This document shows, piece after piece, positions 9,075 to 18,433 of a stretch of DNA of 50,645 nt. The notes below the pieces were generated by a model. That model did not search any database, had not been told where the DNA came from, and saw only the letters and a list, made by a program, of their open reading frames with translations. Source of the DNA: a virus (Duplodnaviria; Caudoviricetes); the IMG/VR virus record IMGVR_UViG_3300048848_000052, positions 1-50,645 of that record; one strand, written 5' to 3'. Numbering within the stretch: position 1 is the first letter of the stretch; each line of letters opens with the position of its first letter. A program made the position numbers and the translations under genes.

Positions 9075-9971
9075 CTATTGCGGGACGAAGGGGCTGATTA
9101 TCTCATCGGCTATGATAAATGGTTCTGTATAAGTTGTTTTGCCAATCGAGAAATATGAGGCTCTCCGAGTGTCCATATCGAGTAGCTTGCCGCCTCTATT
9201 TGGCCAGGAAGGATAAACGCCGTCCGGGTCAGGCTTTCCGAAAACCGACGTTAGATACTTAACGCCGGATGCGTAGCCCGCCTTCGTTCCAGGAATGACG
9301 ACCGCGCTATAAAAGAAACCGTCAAAAAAACACAGAGTGCTCTTTTGCATTTTTTCTGGGCCAAGAACGTTTGGCAAATTATCCCCCGTGTAGCAAGCAT
9401 CTAGCCCCTCGCCTTTTGTCCTTTCCAAAGGAGGGCCCACATCGGGGTACTTTTTGCCGAGCTGATAGCCAAGCAGGGTGAGCGGTCGCCCTTCATCTAT
9501 GGATAGGTCCAATGCGCCGGAATCAAATTTGTATTGGCGAGTACCTACTCCGCTTACTTTCAGTTCTACAAATAGTTGCTTTGCTCTGACGACAGAACCG
9601 GCAAAAGCTACCACCTGGGTCGGTATCAATTGTCGTCCGTCGTCAGAAGCAAAGAGCTCTTCTCGAACCTTGCCGTCGTCGAATTTGATGCTTGCACTAC
9701 AAAGCGATCCGTCTGGCGCAGGGCAGCCTTTAACCTTGCCGTCTTCCACGTGCAAAACGACGCCAGGCTTTCCATCTTTTTTGTCCATTACCATTAAAGT
9801 GGCGCTAGGCCCGCCGCCATCCGCTGGCTTTGCTGTTTGGCTGAAAACTATCGTAACGCTTCCGCGCATCTCGTCTTTTACTTCGGACCTAACCCATTCG
9901 GCATTAACTAGGGGCGCGAAGGTCATTCCCGCCAATAAAAGTACCGATAGCGAGCTTGCGTTTTTGCTCAT
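9075..9971 (-). CDS. Exported hypothetical protein (moron in tail operon)
   Basis: Signal-peptide-like N-terminus (cleavage near VNA-EW); visibly AT-richer than flanking tail genes; SD AGGAG. Confidence 0.75.
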   Translation of the reverse strand: MSKNASSLSVLLLAGMTFAPLVNAEWVRSEVKDEMRGSVTIVFSQTAKPADGGGPSATLMVMDKKDGKPGVVLHVEDGKVKGCPAPDGSLCSASIKFDDGKVREELFASDDGRQLIPTQVVAFAGSVVRAKQLFVELKVSGVGTRQYKFDSGALDLSIDEGRPLTLLGYQLGKKYPDVGPPLERTKGEGLDACYTGDNLPNVLGPEKMQKSTLCFFDGFFYSAVVIPGTKAGYASGVKYLTSVFGKPDPDGVYPSWPNRGGKLLDMDTRRASYFSIGKTTYTEPFIIADEIISPFVPQ

Positions 9972-10004
9972 TTATGCCACTCCTGTGATAAGGCTTACAC
10001 CTTA

Positions 10005-10760
10005 TCACTGAGATCGGCGGTGCCGCAGCACCAGTCGCGTGCGATCGAGCCACGGCCCGCCGAAGACAATTACCTCTGAGGGCCTGCCGTACAGGTGGTG
10101 AAGCAGGAACGGCCCCGGCCCGAACGTCGCAGCATCCTCACCCGGCAGCGCAGGATCAGTACCGAGAAAGATCCCGGCGTGGTTCGGGTAAACCGTGCGC
10201 CCCACTTCCATGACGACCATGTCGCCGCGCTGCGGCTGGTCGACGCGGAAGAAGCCGGCGGCCTCGTAGTTCGCCTCGTACAGGCTGGTGTTGTCTTTGC
10301 TCTCCCACCATCCATCGGCACGCTTGAACGCCTCGAACTCCAGCCCCCACTCGCGTTTGTACCAATCGGCGCAGACCTGCCAGCAGTCCCAGGCGCCGTG
10401 CACGAATGGGCGCTTCAAGAGCCGCACCTCGCCGGACGGCATGACCGTTCTCAGATCCCCCTCCGGCCAGCTGAGAATGTGCCACGGCAGCGCGGTCGCT
10501 TCGCACATGGCGAGGTCACGCGGCGAAGGCCTGCTGGTCGCATCCGGATGCGAATGAACCACGCCGATCACCTCGCCCACGTCCTCTGCCGCCGCGTATT
10601 GCTCGGGGTCGATCCGGAACTCTTCGTTCGGCTCGATCGAGACGTTGATGCAGGGGAAGTATTGCTGCTTGCGCCCAATCGCCAGCAGGAGCCCGCAGCA
10701 CTCTTTCGGGTACTCGGCGGCCGCGTGCGCCTGGATCGCGTTCAAGATGTGCTTTCGCAT
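10005..10760 (-). CDS. Tail assembly protein (lambda K-like, JAB + NlpC/P60)
   Basis: YPKECCG, VHSHPD...PSPRD, DCW and NHAGI...LLHHLY motifs. Confidence 0.92.
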   Translation of the reverse strand: MRKHILNAIQAHAAAEYPKECCGLLLAIGRKQQYFPCINVSIEPNEEFRIDPEQYAAAEDVGEVIGVVHSHPDATSRPSPRDLAMCEATALPWHILSWPEGDLRTVMPSGEVRLLKRPFVHGAWDCWQVCADWYKREWGLEFEAFKRADGWWESKDNTSLYEANYEAAGFFRVDQPQRGDMVVMEVGRTVYPNHAGIFLGTDPALPGEDAATFGPGPFLLHHLYGRPSEVIVFGGPWLDRTRLVLRHRRSQ

Positions 10761-10761
10761 G

Positions 10762-11511
10762 TCAGCTCCTTGCGATCAGGGACACAGCGGGGAAGCCGCC
10801 AAACGGCAGCGGGTTGCCTTCGCCGAAGCGCGGGATGCAGCCCTTGCCCAGCGTGGCGTCACATTGATCAAGCTCAGGGTTGTCGGTAATGACGCCGTCC
10901 TTCGTGACGTACGGCCCGGTGTAGCCACAGTTCGGCCCGCGATAGCCACCGGTGAGACACCAATGGCAAAGGGTTGTGGCTTGTCGGCCGATTGATTCAT
11001 TGCCGACGTCGCCCGGGCTGGCAAGCTCCCAGCTCACCGTCTCCCCGTCCTCGTTCGTCTTCTGGTCGATATACCAGACCTCGATCGTTTCTTGGGTTGG
11101 GTCGGCTGTCGGGTTGCCGGCCGGGAAGTTCACCGCGTCGAGGTAACTGCCGAGCGTGTGCCGCATCGTCAGCTTGAACTCGAGCAGATCCTCGAACGCT
11201 AGACAAAGCGCAGTGATGCGCCCGTTGACGTTGCCCACCGACAGAGTGGGCCGAACCGCCGTGCCGTCGCCGTTCACCTCGATACCGTCGATTTGCATCG
11301 GCCAGGCGCTGTACTCGTTCCCCTGCCAGTAGATCGCCTTCGCGGGCAGTTGGTCTGCATTGTCGCCGGCGGCGATCAGCTCGGCCGCCGTATGCGGGAT
11401 CGCGTGCCCGTGGAAGCGCAGAACATCCGCGCCGTAGTCCGTGCCGTCCAATTCAAAGAGCAGCACTTCGCTGCCAGGCTCAAGGACCTGGATGTCACTG
11501 ATCAGCGGCAT
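10762..11511 (-). CDS. Minor tail protein (lambda L-like)
   Basis: WQGNEYSAWP, YRGPNCGY, CDATL..GCIPRFG and FGGFP motifs. Confidence 0.92.
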   Translation of the reverse strand: MPLISDIQVLEPGSEVLLFELDGTDYGADVLRFHGHAIPHTAAELIAAGDNADQLPAKAIYWQGNEYSAWPMQIDGIEVNGDGTAVRPTLSVGNVNGRITALCLAFEDLLEFKLTMRHTLGSYLDAVNFPAGNPTADPTQETIEVWYIDQKTNEDGETVSWELASPGDVGNESIGRQATTLCHWCLTGGYRGPNCGYTGPYVTKDGVITDNPELDQCDATLGKGCIPRFGEGNPLPFGGFPAVSLIARS

Positions 11512-11520
11512 GGTTACCCC

Positions 11521-11859
11521 TTATGGATGGAATGCACGCTCGAACGTGGCGGTGAGTTTGAAAACGCCGCCGCCGACCGGAGTGGGCACGGGGTTCTTGC
11601 AGGTGAACAGGCCAAGCTGGCCCAAGGGTGTGGTCCAGAGGAAGGCTTTCGCGCCCGCGTGCCGATCAAGGAACGCCATGATCTCCAGCACCCTGGCCTG
11701 AGGGCCGCTGTAGGTGATCGGATACGCGTCTTCCTTGTTGTTCGGCCCGTCGCCAACTTCCTGTTTGTAACCGTCGCCGAACTGCGCGGTGCGCACCCGA
11801 TACAAAATCTCGGGCGCGTCACCGTGCTGGGTTGGCCAAGTGAATGTCTCGATGGCCAT
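11521..11859 (-). CDS. Minor tail protein (lambda M-like)
   Basis: FGDGYKQ, FLDRHAGAKAFLWTTP and ATFERAF motifs. Confidence 0.92.
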   Translation of the reverse strand: MAIETFTWPTQHGDAPEILYRVRTAQFGDGYKQEVGDGPNNKEDAYPITYSGPQARVLEIMAFLDRHAGAKAFLWTTPLGQLGLFTCKNPVPTPVGGGVFKLTATFERAFHP

Positions 11860-14837
11860 CAGCCCCTCCCGTTCGTGAGTTTCCAGATTGAGCCGCCGGG
11901 CTGCAGCGCTCGCGCGATGGCGGTTTCAGCTTCGGCTTTCGCCGCTTGCTGAATCCCCTTGCCAAGCTGCGAGGTGTCTTCCGTGCTGGCAGCGCCGCCA
12001 TTGCCCTGGGTTTGCACCGATACCGCGACGGGGAAGTTGTAGACGCTGCCGCCCCCACTCCCGCCGCCGCTGATTGCACGAACCCCCAGTTGACCGCCGG
12101 CGGTGCGGGTCAGTGGCATGATTGCCTCTGGCCCTGCCTCGCCCATGACGCCGGTCTGCCCTCCAGCCATCCCGAACGCTGTCGGCTTGCTCACGACGGA
12201 GTTGGTGAACGCCGCGCCATTGGCGAACATCTGAACGCCACCGGACCATGCACCACCATTCGCTTGGACGCTGCCCGGCGTGAAGCCTGACAAGTCACCG
12301 CTGTATCCCGCCGCAGTGGAGCCTGCCGACGTTGCCGCGCCGCCTCCACCGAAGTAGCTTGCGCCAGCGCCAACCAGACTGCTCAGCAGCGCCGAACTGG
12401 CCTGACGGGTCGCGATCCGCGCCATGTCCGCCAAAATCGACTTGGTGAAGTCAGCAAACGACAGCTTCCCGGTCATGGCGAAATTGACGACAGCATCTTC
12501 CATACCGCTGAAGGCGTTGCTGAACAAGTCGCGAGTCTGGCCTGCGACGTTGCGCGCGCTTTCCAGATAGTTGCTGAACGCCGAGGTTGCACCATTGCGC
12601 CAATCGCTCTGGGCTGCCGACATCTGCTCGTAGTTGCTGAGCACTGTTTCGCTCAGTTCCGTTTCGCTTCTGTTGATCGCGTCGAGCTTGGCCTGGTACT
12701 CCTCGGCGCTCATGTTGCGCGCCTTGTCGGCGCGGTCGCGCGCCAGATCCAGACGTTGCTGGTTGGCTCGATCGGCAATGCCGTTCAGTTCGCCATTGAT
12801 GGCGTTCTCCCGGTCGCCACGGCCAACGCCATCCGCTGCACGGCCGCCAGCGCGCCGCAGGGCGACGTTCTGCTGGTCGAGGGCGTCGGTGTAGACCTTG
12901 ATCGCCTGTGCCTGCTTGGCGAGCCGGCCCTGCTCGTTCGTCGCGATGACTTCGAGCTCACTGTCGGCTTCCTTCTGGGCCTTGACCATATTGGCCCTGG
13001 CATCGGCGATCTTCTGGTCGAGCTGGATACGCTGCGCAGCAGAGGTGCTGGCCTTGCCCTTCGCCGCCTCCAGCGAACTGATTTCAGCCTGATACGCGGC
13101 GGTTACCTCGTCGCGCTCGTTGCCGATCAGCGCTTGGCGCTTGAGCAGGTAATCTTCCTGCGTGACCAGCCCAGCCTTCTGCGCGGCTTCCAGTTCCTTC
13201 TGGGCGCTCTTGTATTCGCCGAGAATCAGCGACAGCTGGTTTTTCGAGTCGTTGAACTCGGTCAGGTTTACCGCTGAGGTCGCGGCTTTCGGGTCCTTGT
13301 TCTTGTCCTTGATGTTTTGGATCGTCTTCGAGACAACCGCTTCCTGCACCAGCGGATCGTTCGGGTTCGCCTTGCGCAGCGCCTCAACGTCCCGCTTGTA
13401 CTCCTTGATCAGCTTGTTGCGCTTCTCCTCGTTGGTGAGGTTCGAATCGCTGATTGCCTTGAGTCGCAGGCTTGCGTCGATCCCGTCACGCTCGGTTTTC
13501 GCCCGGTCAGCGTCAGCCTTGGCGCCGGCGGTGATTTCCTCTTTGCGCTTTTGCAGCAGCACGATCTGCTGCTCAAGGAATTTGGTGGACTGGCTATTGG
13601 CGCCCAGTTCGTCGCCGAAAAACGACGAGAGGAAGCCGCCGGACTTACGCCCATCCAGGATTTTCTGGTAGTTGGCGATCTGCGAATCAATCGACTGGGT
13701 ACGACCAACATCCAGAGTCGCGTCCAGCGCGCCGGCCGCTGCTGCTTTGATTTTTTGCCAGGCGCCCTCAATCAGGCCGAGATTCGCTGTCACCTCACCG
13801 GTTCGATTTTTGATCGTATCGGCATAGGTGTCGGTGAGCAGCTTCGCCGCCCCGATGGTGTCGCCCTGCTCTTTCAGCGCCACGATCTGCGAATAGACCG
13901 AGGCCGTAAGGAAGTTGTACTGGTCGTTGAGCTCCTTGGCTGCGGCGACGGGGTCCTTGGCAATCTTTGCGAACTCGGCAATCGTTTCGTCGATGGCTTT
14001 GCCAGTGGCCTTTTCCATCTGCAGAGCAGCTTCGGTGATCTCTTCGAAGCTGCTGCTGGCGATCTTTCCATTGCCTGCCAGCTTTGCCAAAACCTCAGCA
14101 GCCGCGCCAGTGGTGCCGACCGTTGCGCTCACCTGCTGCGCCATCGATGCCAACTGAGTAGCGCTTGTTCCGGCGGAGTTGCCGGTGAAGATGATTGCCT
14201 TGTTGTACTCGTCGGCCTCCTGGCTGCCCTTGTAATAGGCCAGCGTCAACGCGCCGACAGCCGCCGCAGCGACAGTAAACGGGTTGATCAGGCCGAGGAC
14301 GTAACCGCCCAGTGCTTTCGCAGCTGGAGCGATGCCGCCGAACATATCTTTGAGCTGTCCGCCCTGTTGGAGCAGCACAGTCAGTGGAGCCTGGCCGCCT
14401 TGCAGCGACACCGCGATATCTGTGAACTGCGCAGGCACGCCACGAAGCGCAGCGGCTGTCTGTTTGGCGGTGTTGCCAGTGCGGGTCAGGCTGTCATCAA
14501 AGCGGGATAGATTCGCCCGAGACTGGTCGATCTTCGACTGGTATTCGCTGAAGGTCGACGCATCAAGCGCGCCGAGTTTTTTCTGCTTGGCCAGCTTGCT
14601 CTCAAGTTCGTCCAGCCGGCCGAGAGCTTTTACGGTCGGATCGATCTCGCCGAGCAGGTCACTCAGTTCGTCCCGCTGTTTCTTGAACGATGCGGAGGCT
14701 TTATCAGCGCCCTTTGATACGCCCTCCGCCGCCTTCTCGGCCCGTGCACCTGCCGCCGTGAGCTTGTCGAGGTCGGAGCTCGCCTGCGCAGCATCGGTCG
14801 AATCGACCTTGATGCCGAGTTCAGCAATAGAAGTCAT
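11859..14837 (-). CDS. Tail tape measure protein
   Basis: 992 aa Ala-rich; QFTDIAVSLQGGQ..LLQQGGQLKDMFGG and C-terminal MGEAGPEAIMPL. Confidence 0.95.
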   Translation of the reverse strand: MTSIAELGIKVDSTDAAQASSDLDKLTAAGARAEKAAEGVSKGADKASASFKKQRDELSDLLGEIDPTVKALGRLDELESKLAKQKKLGALDASTFSEYQSKIDQSRANLSRFDDSLTRTGNTAKQTAAALRGVPAQFTDIAVSLQGGQAPLTVLLQQGGQLKDMFGGIAPAAKALGGYVLGLINPFTVAAAAVGALTLAYYKGSQEADEYNKAIIFTGNSAGTSATQLASMAQQVSATVGTTGAAAEVLAKLAGNGKIASSSFEEITEAALQMEKATGKAIDETIAEFAKIAKDPVAAAKELNDQYNFLTASVYSQIVALKEQGDTIGAAKLLTDTYADTIKNRTGEVTANLGLIEGAWQKIKAAAAGALDATLDVGRTQSIDSQIANYQKILDGRKSGGFLSSFFGDELGANSQSTKFLEQQIVLLQKRKEEITAGAKADADRAKTERDGIDASLRLKAISDSNLTNEEKRNKLIKEYKRDVEALRKANPNDPLVQEAVVSKTIQNIKDKNKDPKAATSAVNLTEFNDSKNQLSLILGEYKSAQKELEAAQKAGLVTQEDYLLKRQALIGNERDEVTAAYQAEISSLEAAKGKASTSAAQRIQLDQKIADARANMVKAQKEADSELEVIATNEQGRLAKQAQAIKVYTDALDQQNVALRRAGGRAADGVGRGDRENAINGELNGIADRANQQRLDLARDRADKARNMSAEEYQAKLDAINRSETELSETVLSNYEQMSAAQSDWRNGATSAFSNYLESARNVAGQTRDLFSNAFSGMEDAVVNFAMTGKLSFADFTKSILADMARIATRQASSALLSSLVGAGASYFGGGGAATSAGSTAAGYSGDLSGFTPGSVQANGGAWSGGVQMFANGAAFTNSVVSKPTAFGMAGGQTGVMGEAGPEAIMPLTRTAGGQLGVRAISGGGSGGGSVYNFPVAVSVQTQGNGGAASTEDTSQLGKGIQQAAKAEAETAIARALQPGGSIWKLTNGRG

Positions 14838-14847
14838 GCGGGCTCCG

Positions 14848-15161
14848 TTATTTCGATTCGCTCATCACGAGCATGGCTTCTGCTTCCATGACACGAATGT
14901 CGTGGAAGACTTCAGGGATTTCGCGCCGCTTCATGCCCAGCATCGAGGCCACCGGCGGCAAGGCGTTGTAGTCCAGCCCGGTAGCCCCGCCCATGCCTAC
15001 GCGCCACTGCGTCGACATCGCCTCGAACAACAGAAAGGCCGGCCAGTTGTCTGGCCAGACCTCGTACTCTTCTTCAGGGATGTCGGCGAGCGTCATGCCG
15101 AAAGCTGCCAAATCAGCTTCGGACGGCCCGGGCTCGTACAGGACGCGGGCGGCGCCGGTCA
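14848..15161 (-). CDS. Tail assembly chaperone, frameshifted C-terminal part (gpT-like)
   Basis: EVWPDNWPAF...TQWRVGMGGATGLDY; reached by a -1 shift at GGGAAAC. Confidence 0.8.
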
Positions 15162-15542
15162 GTTTCCCAGGCGGGCCGGTTGATAGGCGGTCTGGTACGC
15201 GGAAAGCACAGCCTGAGGCGCACCAATGCAGGTGGTAACCAGAGCAGTCAGAGATTCGTCCGACAGCTTCTCGTCGAAAGCCCAGCTCGCAACGATGTCC
15301 TTGAGCTGACCAACTTGCAGCGCGATTTCGGCGCCGGTCGCTTCTTGCCAGCTCATGTCGTCTTCCTGCACCTTCTTCGCATGCTCGTCGCGCGCCGCGT
15401 TCCACTTATCGAAGTGCGCGGCCAGGGCCAGCCGATCCATGTACTTGAACTCGAACTCAACGCTGACCGGATCGGCGCCGACACGCGGAATTGCGACCTT
15501 CGCCTTGAAGGTCGGGTTCTGAGAGATTTTGATCTTGGCCAT
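15159..15542 (-). CDS. Tail assembly chaperone (gpG-like)
   Basis: Lies between the major tail and tape measure genes; ends ARLGN* at the slippery site. Confidence 0.85.
   Translation of the reverse strand: MAKIKISQNPTFKAKVAIPRVGADPVSVEFEFKYMDRLALAAHFDKWNAARDEHAKKVQEDDMSWQEATGAEIALQVGQLKDIVASWAFDEKLSDESLTALVTTCIGAPQAVLSAYQTAYQPARLGN
15162..15168 (-). other. Programmed -1 frameshift slippery site GGGAAAC
   Basis: CTG GGA AAC TGA in the G frame; the -1 frame continues GKLTGAARVLYE into the T ORF. Confidence 0.85.
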
Positions 15543-15545
15543 GGG

Positions 15546-16199
15546 TTACACCGCCGCTGCGTAACGAGTTGGGCGCGAGGCCAGCGACAGGGTGATGGTG
15601 CGGGTCATGATGTTGTTGCGGTCGAGTGTTGGGGTGGCAGTGATGGAGACGTATGCGTTGTAATAAATCACCGAGCCGTTCGGCAGCGTCAAACGCAGAA
15701 CGCGAGGCGCTCGATCATCGTCGGCCGCTTCAACAGCCGCCACGTACGGCAAGCTTGGGTCGTCCGCCACGGTGATACTCATGCTCATCGGCGACTTGGT
15801 GGTCGGCAGTTGGCGGTCGTCGGATTCTTCAAGGAAGCCGAAGGTTGTGAATTGCTGCTCGCCGCCCGCACTGGTGCTGCCGGTGATCTGGCTGATTTGA
15901 GCCCAGCCACTCGCCGCACGAACCGAACCCGCGCCTGCACCAGCCGTGTAGACGACGGTATTGGTGGTGTTGATGCCTTCCAGCTCGAAAGTGCCTACGT
16001 CGGATTCGGCCACGCGGGCGACCTTATCGTTCAGGCGGGTCCAACCGGAGTTCACGACGATAACGTCGCCGTCGGTAAGGCCGTGCGCGGCGGCCGTAGC
16101 AACCGCCGGATTCGCGTTGCTGATGGCAGTTACAGGCTTCAGCGCGCTGAAAGTCGCTGCGATTTCGAGAATGGAGCCGTTGGGGAGAATGGCGCTCAT
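15546..16199 (-). CDS. Major tail (tube) protein
   Basis: LPNGS..AISNANPAVAT..HGL.DGD..SGWTRLN motifs; position in the operon. Confidence 0.88.
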   Translation of the reverse strand: MSAILPNGSILEIAATFSALKPVTAISNANPAVATAAAHGLTDGDVIVVNSGWTRLNDKVARVAESDVGTFELEGINTTNTVVYTAGAGAGSVRAASGWAQISQITGSTSAGGEQQFTTFGFLEESDDRQLPTTKSPMSMSITVADDPSLPYVAAVEAADDDRAPRVLRLTLPNGSVIYYNAYVSITATPTLDRNNIMTRTITLSLASRPTRYAAAV

Positions 16200-16271
16200 T
16201 GAGAATGTTCCTCTGTGCAGAAATGACAAAACCCGCTCAATGGCGGGCTCTGGGTTTGCCCAACGGGCGGA

Positions 16272-16688
16272 TTAGTTGGTGTCGGATCGGTATTGGAACG
16301 AGGCCGGCACCGTAAAGGTGTTGCCGTCTGGTATCCCGGGACCCGGCGCAACTGGCGTCATGACCAGCGCCACAAGCCCAGCGCGGGGAATACGCAGATT
16401 GAGCGTGAACAGCGCCGCCAGCTCGTCAACGATGCCGCTCGCCTCGGTGCGGTACTTGCCGGAGGCCGTCACGATGTTGACCTGGAACACACCGGCGTAG
16501 ACCCGGTGATCGCCGCTCAGCGTATTGCTGGCCGTGACCGCCGGCAGAGTGAAGGCTCGCAGGTACGTCTCGCCCGTCGCTGGTGTGTAGGTTTCGTTCT
16601 CGACCACAACCTTGATGGGCTTGGCGCGAGCCTTGGCCCAAGTCAGCAGGCGCGACTCGAAGGCCGCAGCAATGATGTTGTGGCTCAT
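16272..16688 (-). CDS. Tail terminator-like protein
   Basis: YLRAFTLPA...GVFQVNIV pattern; immediately upstream of the major tail gene. Confidence 0.75.
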   Translation of the reverse strand: MSHNIIAAAFESRLLTWAKARAKPIKVVVENETYTPATGETYLRAFTLPAVTASNTLSGDHRVYAGVFQVNIVTASGKYRTEASGIVDELAALFTLNLRIPRAGLVALVMTPVAPGPGIPDGNTFTVPASFQYRSDTN

Positions 16689-17107
16689 ACCTGGTTGTTC
16701 CTGATGGCTTCGAGCACGATCTGCTGGAAGCGGGCCTGGGTGATGCGCACCATCCCGCCAGGCGCCTGATCGGAGTGGCCGTACTCCAGCGGGATCGCGT
16801 ATGGCAGATTGTTCACGATGAAGGCCGTGGTGCCTGCCCGGAACAGGATCGACTCGCCCGCGATGCGCGCCGTCGCCTCTGCGCCGGTCGGGTCAAGCGT
16901 GCTGAGGGTGCCAGCAGCCGGCGCATCAATCGTCATCTGCCAGTTGCCACGGAATCGGCCGGTGTCTACCGGTGACATGCGGATCAGCGAGTTGCCGATC
17001 TCGATGATGATCTCGCGAAGGCTGGCGTCGACCGCATCCTTGGCCTGCTCTGCGAACTCTGCCAGCTGTAACGCGAAGCTGCCCTGCTGCCCTGCGTACT
17101 TGTTCAT
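16685..17107 (-). CDS. HK97 gp10-like tail completion protein
   Basis: SPVDTGRFRGNW and NNLPYAIPLEYGHSDQAPGGMVR motifs. Confidence 0.85.
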   Translation of the reverse strand: MNKYAGQQGSFALQLAEFAEQAKDAVDASLREIIIEIGNSLIRMSPVDTGRFRGNWQMTIDAPAAGTLSTLDPTGAEATARIAGESILFRAGTTAFIVNNLPYAIPLEYGHSDQAPGGMVRITQARFQQIVLEAIRNNQV

Positions 17108-17469
17108 GAGCGCACCTGAAGTTCATACAGCAGCGGCGTGCCGGCTGGGTTGATCTCCTTGAAGTTGATCACCGTCCACGTTTTGCCCTGCACGTCCGCC
17201 TTGATCTGCGGTTTCGGCTTCCAGTCCATGCCCAGCGCCGCAACCTTGAGTTTCTTGTCGCCGCGCACAATCAGGGTGTCGTTCTGGAATTCAAGGCCGG
17301 TGAAGTCGAGCAGGATGCCTTGGGCGGTTTGCTCAATGATCATGTCGCCGCCATCGGGATTGTCCGGGTCGTACTCCGCCGGCTGGATGTCTCGAAGCGT
17401 TACCGGCTGGCCGTATTGAGTAATCAACCGCAGAGCGGTGGCAGCCATGCGGTCGTAGAACTCACTCAT
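17104..17469 (-). CDS. Head closure / head-tail joining protein
   Basis: Position in the operon; INPAGTPLLYELQVR C-terminus. Confidence 0.7.
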   Translation of the reverse strand: MSEFYDRMAATALRLITQYGQPVTLRDIQPAEYDPDNPDGGDMIIEQTAQGILLDFTGLEFQNDTLIVRGDKKLKVAALGMDWKPKPQIKADVQGKTWTVINFKEINPAGTPLLYELQVRS

Positions 17470-17472
17470 TGG

Positions 17473-17973
17473 TCAGGCCCTTATGGCGTAAAGCCCACGC
17501 TTCTGGAGGTAGTCGGCAAACTGCGTGCGGCTCGGGCGATCCGGAGCCGCCGGCAGCAGTTTTCCGCTGGTATTGGAGATTGCCGCGTATTCGGTATCCA
17601 CAGCGCCTTCCACACGCTCGCGGATAATCGCGCCTTTGCGTGTTTCCGGTGGGTCGATATCGTCTGCATGAATCTCGCCCGCGAGGGCCATCTGCCCGTA
17701 CTGGATACGTGCAGGAATGTAGTCGGACGGCTTGTTTTCGCCGTCGATATTGACGCCACGGCGAGGCCAGGCCAGCGCCTGGTCACCGTTGGCCCGGCAT
17801 CCTTTCCAATTCATGCCATCCATCGCCAAGGCGGCCCGGCGAAGCAGCGTTTCCTGTGCTGCCTCTTCCGCGGGAATGGTCACGCCGTACCGCGCGGCGT
17901 AGCTGACCAGTTCCGCCGCGGTTGAGTAGCTGTCCGCGTCAGGCTTGCCGGTACCGTCCTCGATGATGAGCAT
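17473..17973 (-). CDS. Head-tail adaptor (DnaT-like ssDNA-binding family)
   Basis: MLIIEDGTGKPDADSY and QALAWPR motifs. Confidence 0.75.
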   Translation of the reverse strand: MLIIEDGTGKPDADSYSTAAELVSYAARYGVTIPAEEAAQETLLRRAALAMDGMNWKGCRANGDQALAWPRRGVNIDGENKPSDYIPARIQYGQMALAGEIHADDIDPPETRKGAIIRERVEGAVDTEYAAISNTSGKLLPAAPDRPSRTQFADYLQKRGLYAIRA

Positions 17974-17976
17974 TTG

Positions 17977-18378
17977 TTACTCCTGGGTGGCTGGCTGGGC
18001 CTTGAGCAGTTCCATCAGCTCAGCCTTGTTGGCAGTGGACGAATACTTCACTTCCTTGGCGTCCAGTTGCTCTTTGATTTCCGGGATGGTCAGGCTATCA
18101 CGCGGATCGGAGTTCTTCGCGCGCTCGGCAGCGAGATCTGCCAATGCCTGGGCGAGCTGGTCCTGAGTGTCGGTGAGCTCAAGGCGGATAGCCTGCGTCT
18201 CGTCTGCGCCGCCGCCATTGTTGCGAGCCCCGCTCTCGTCCGATCGAGTGCGAGCAGTATCAACTCCGCCGGTTTCGCCTACGGTTTCGGGACCGACAGT
18301 GATATTGCCTTCGGTTCCGCCGAAGCCCCAGCGGGCCTTGATATTCGGGTCGATGTGATTGTCTTTTTGCACGGTCAT
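17977..18378 (-). CDS. Head-associated protein with C-terminal HeH/LEM-like motif
   Basis: LTIPEIKEQLDAKEVKYSSTANKAELMELL; directly after the capsid gene. Confidence 0.65.
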   Translation of the reverse strand: MTVQKDNHIDPNIKARWGFGGTEGNITVGPETVGETGGVDTARTRSDESGARNNGGGADETQAIRLELTDTQDQLAQALADLAAERAKNSDPRDSLTIPEIKEQLDAKEVKYSSTANKAELMELLKAQPATQE

Positions 18379-18433
18379 GGGTTTCTCCTGGATCAGTTCT
18401 GCGCGGCGGGCAACTCACCCGCCGCGCGCTCGG

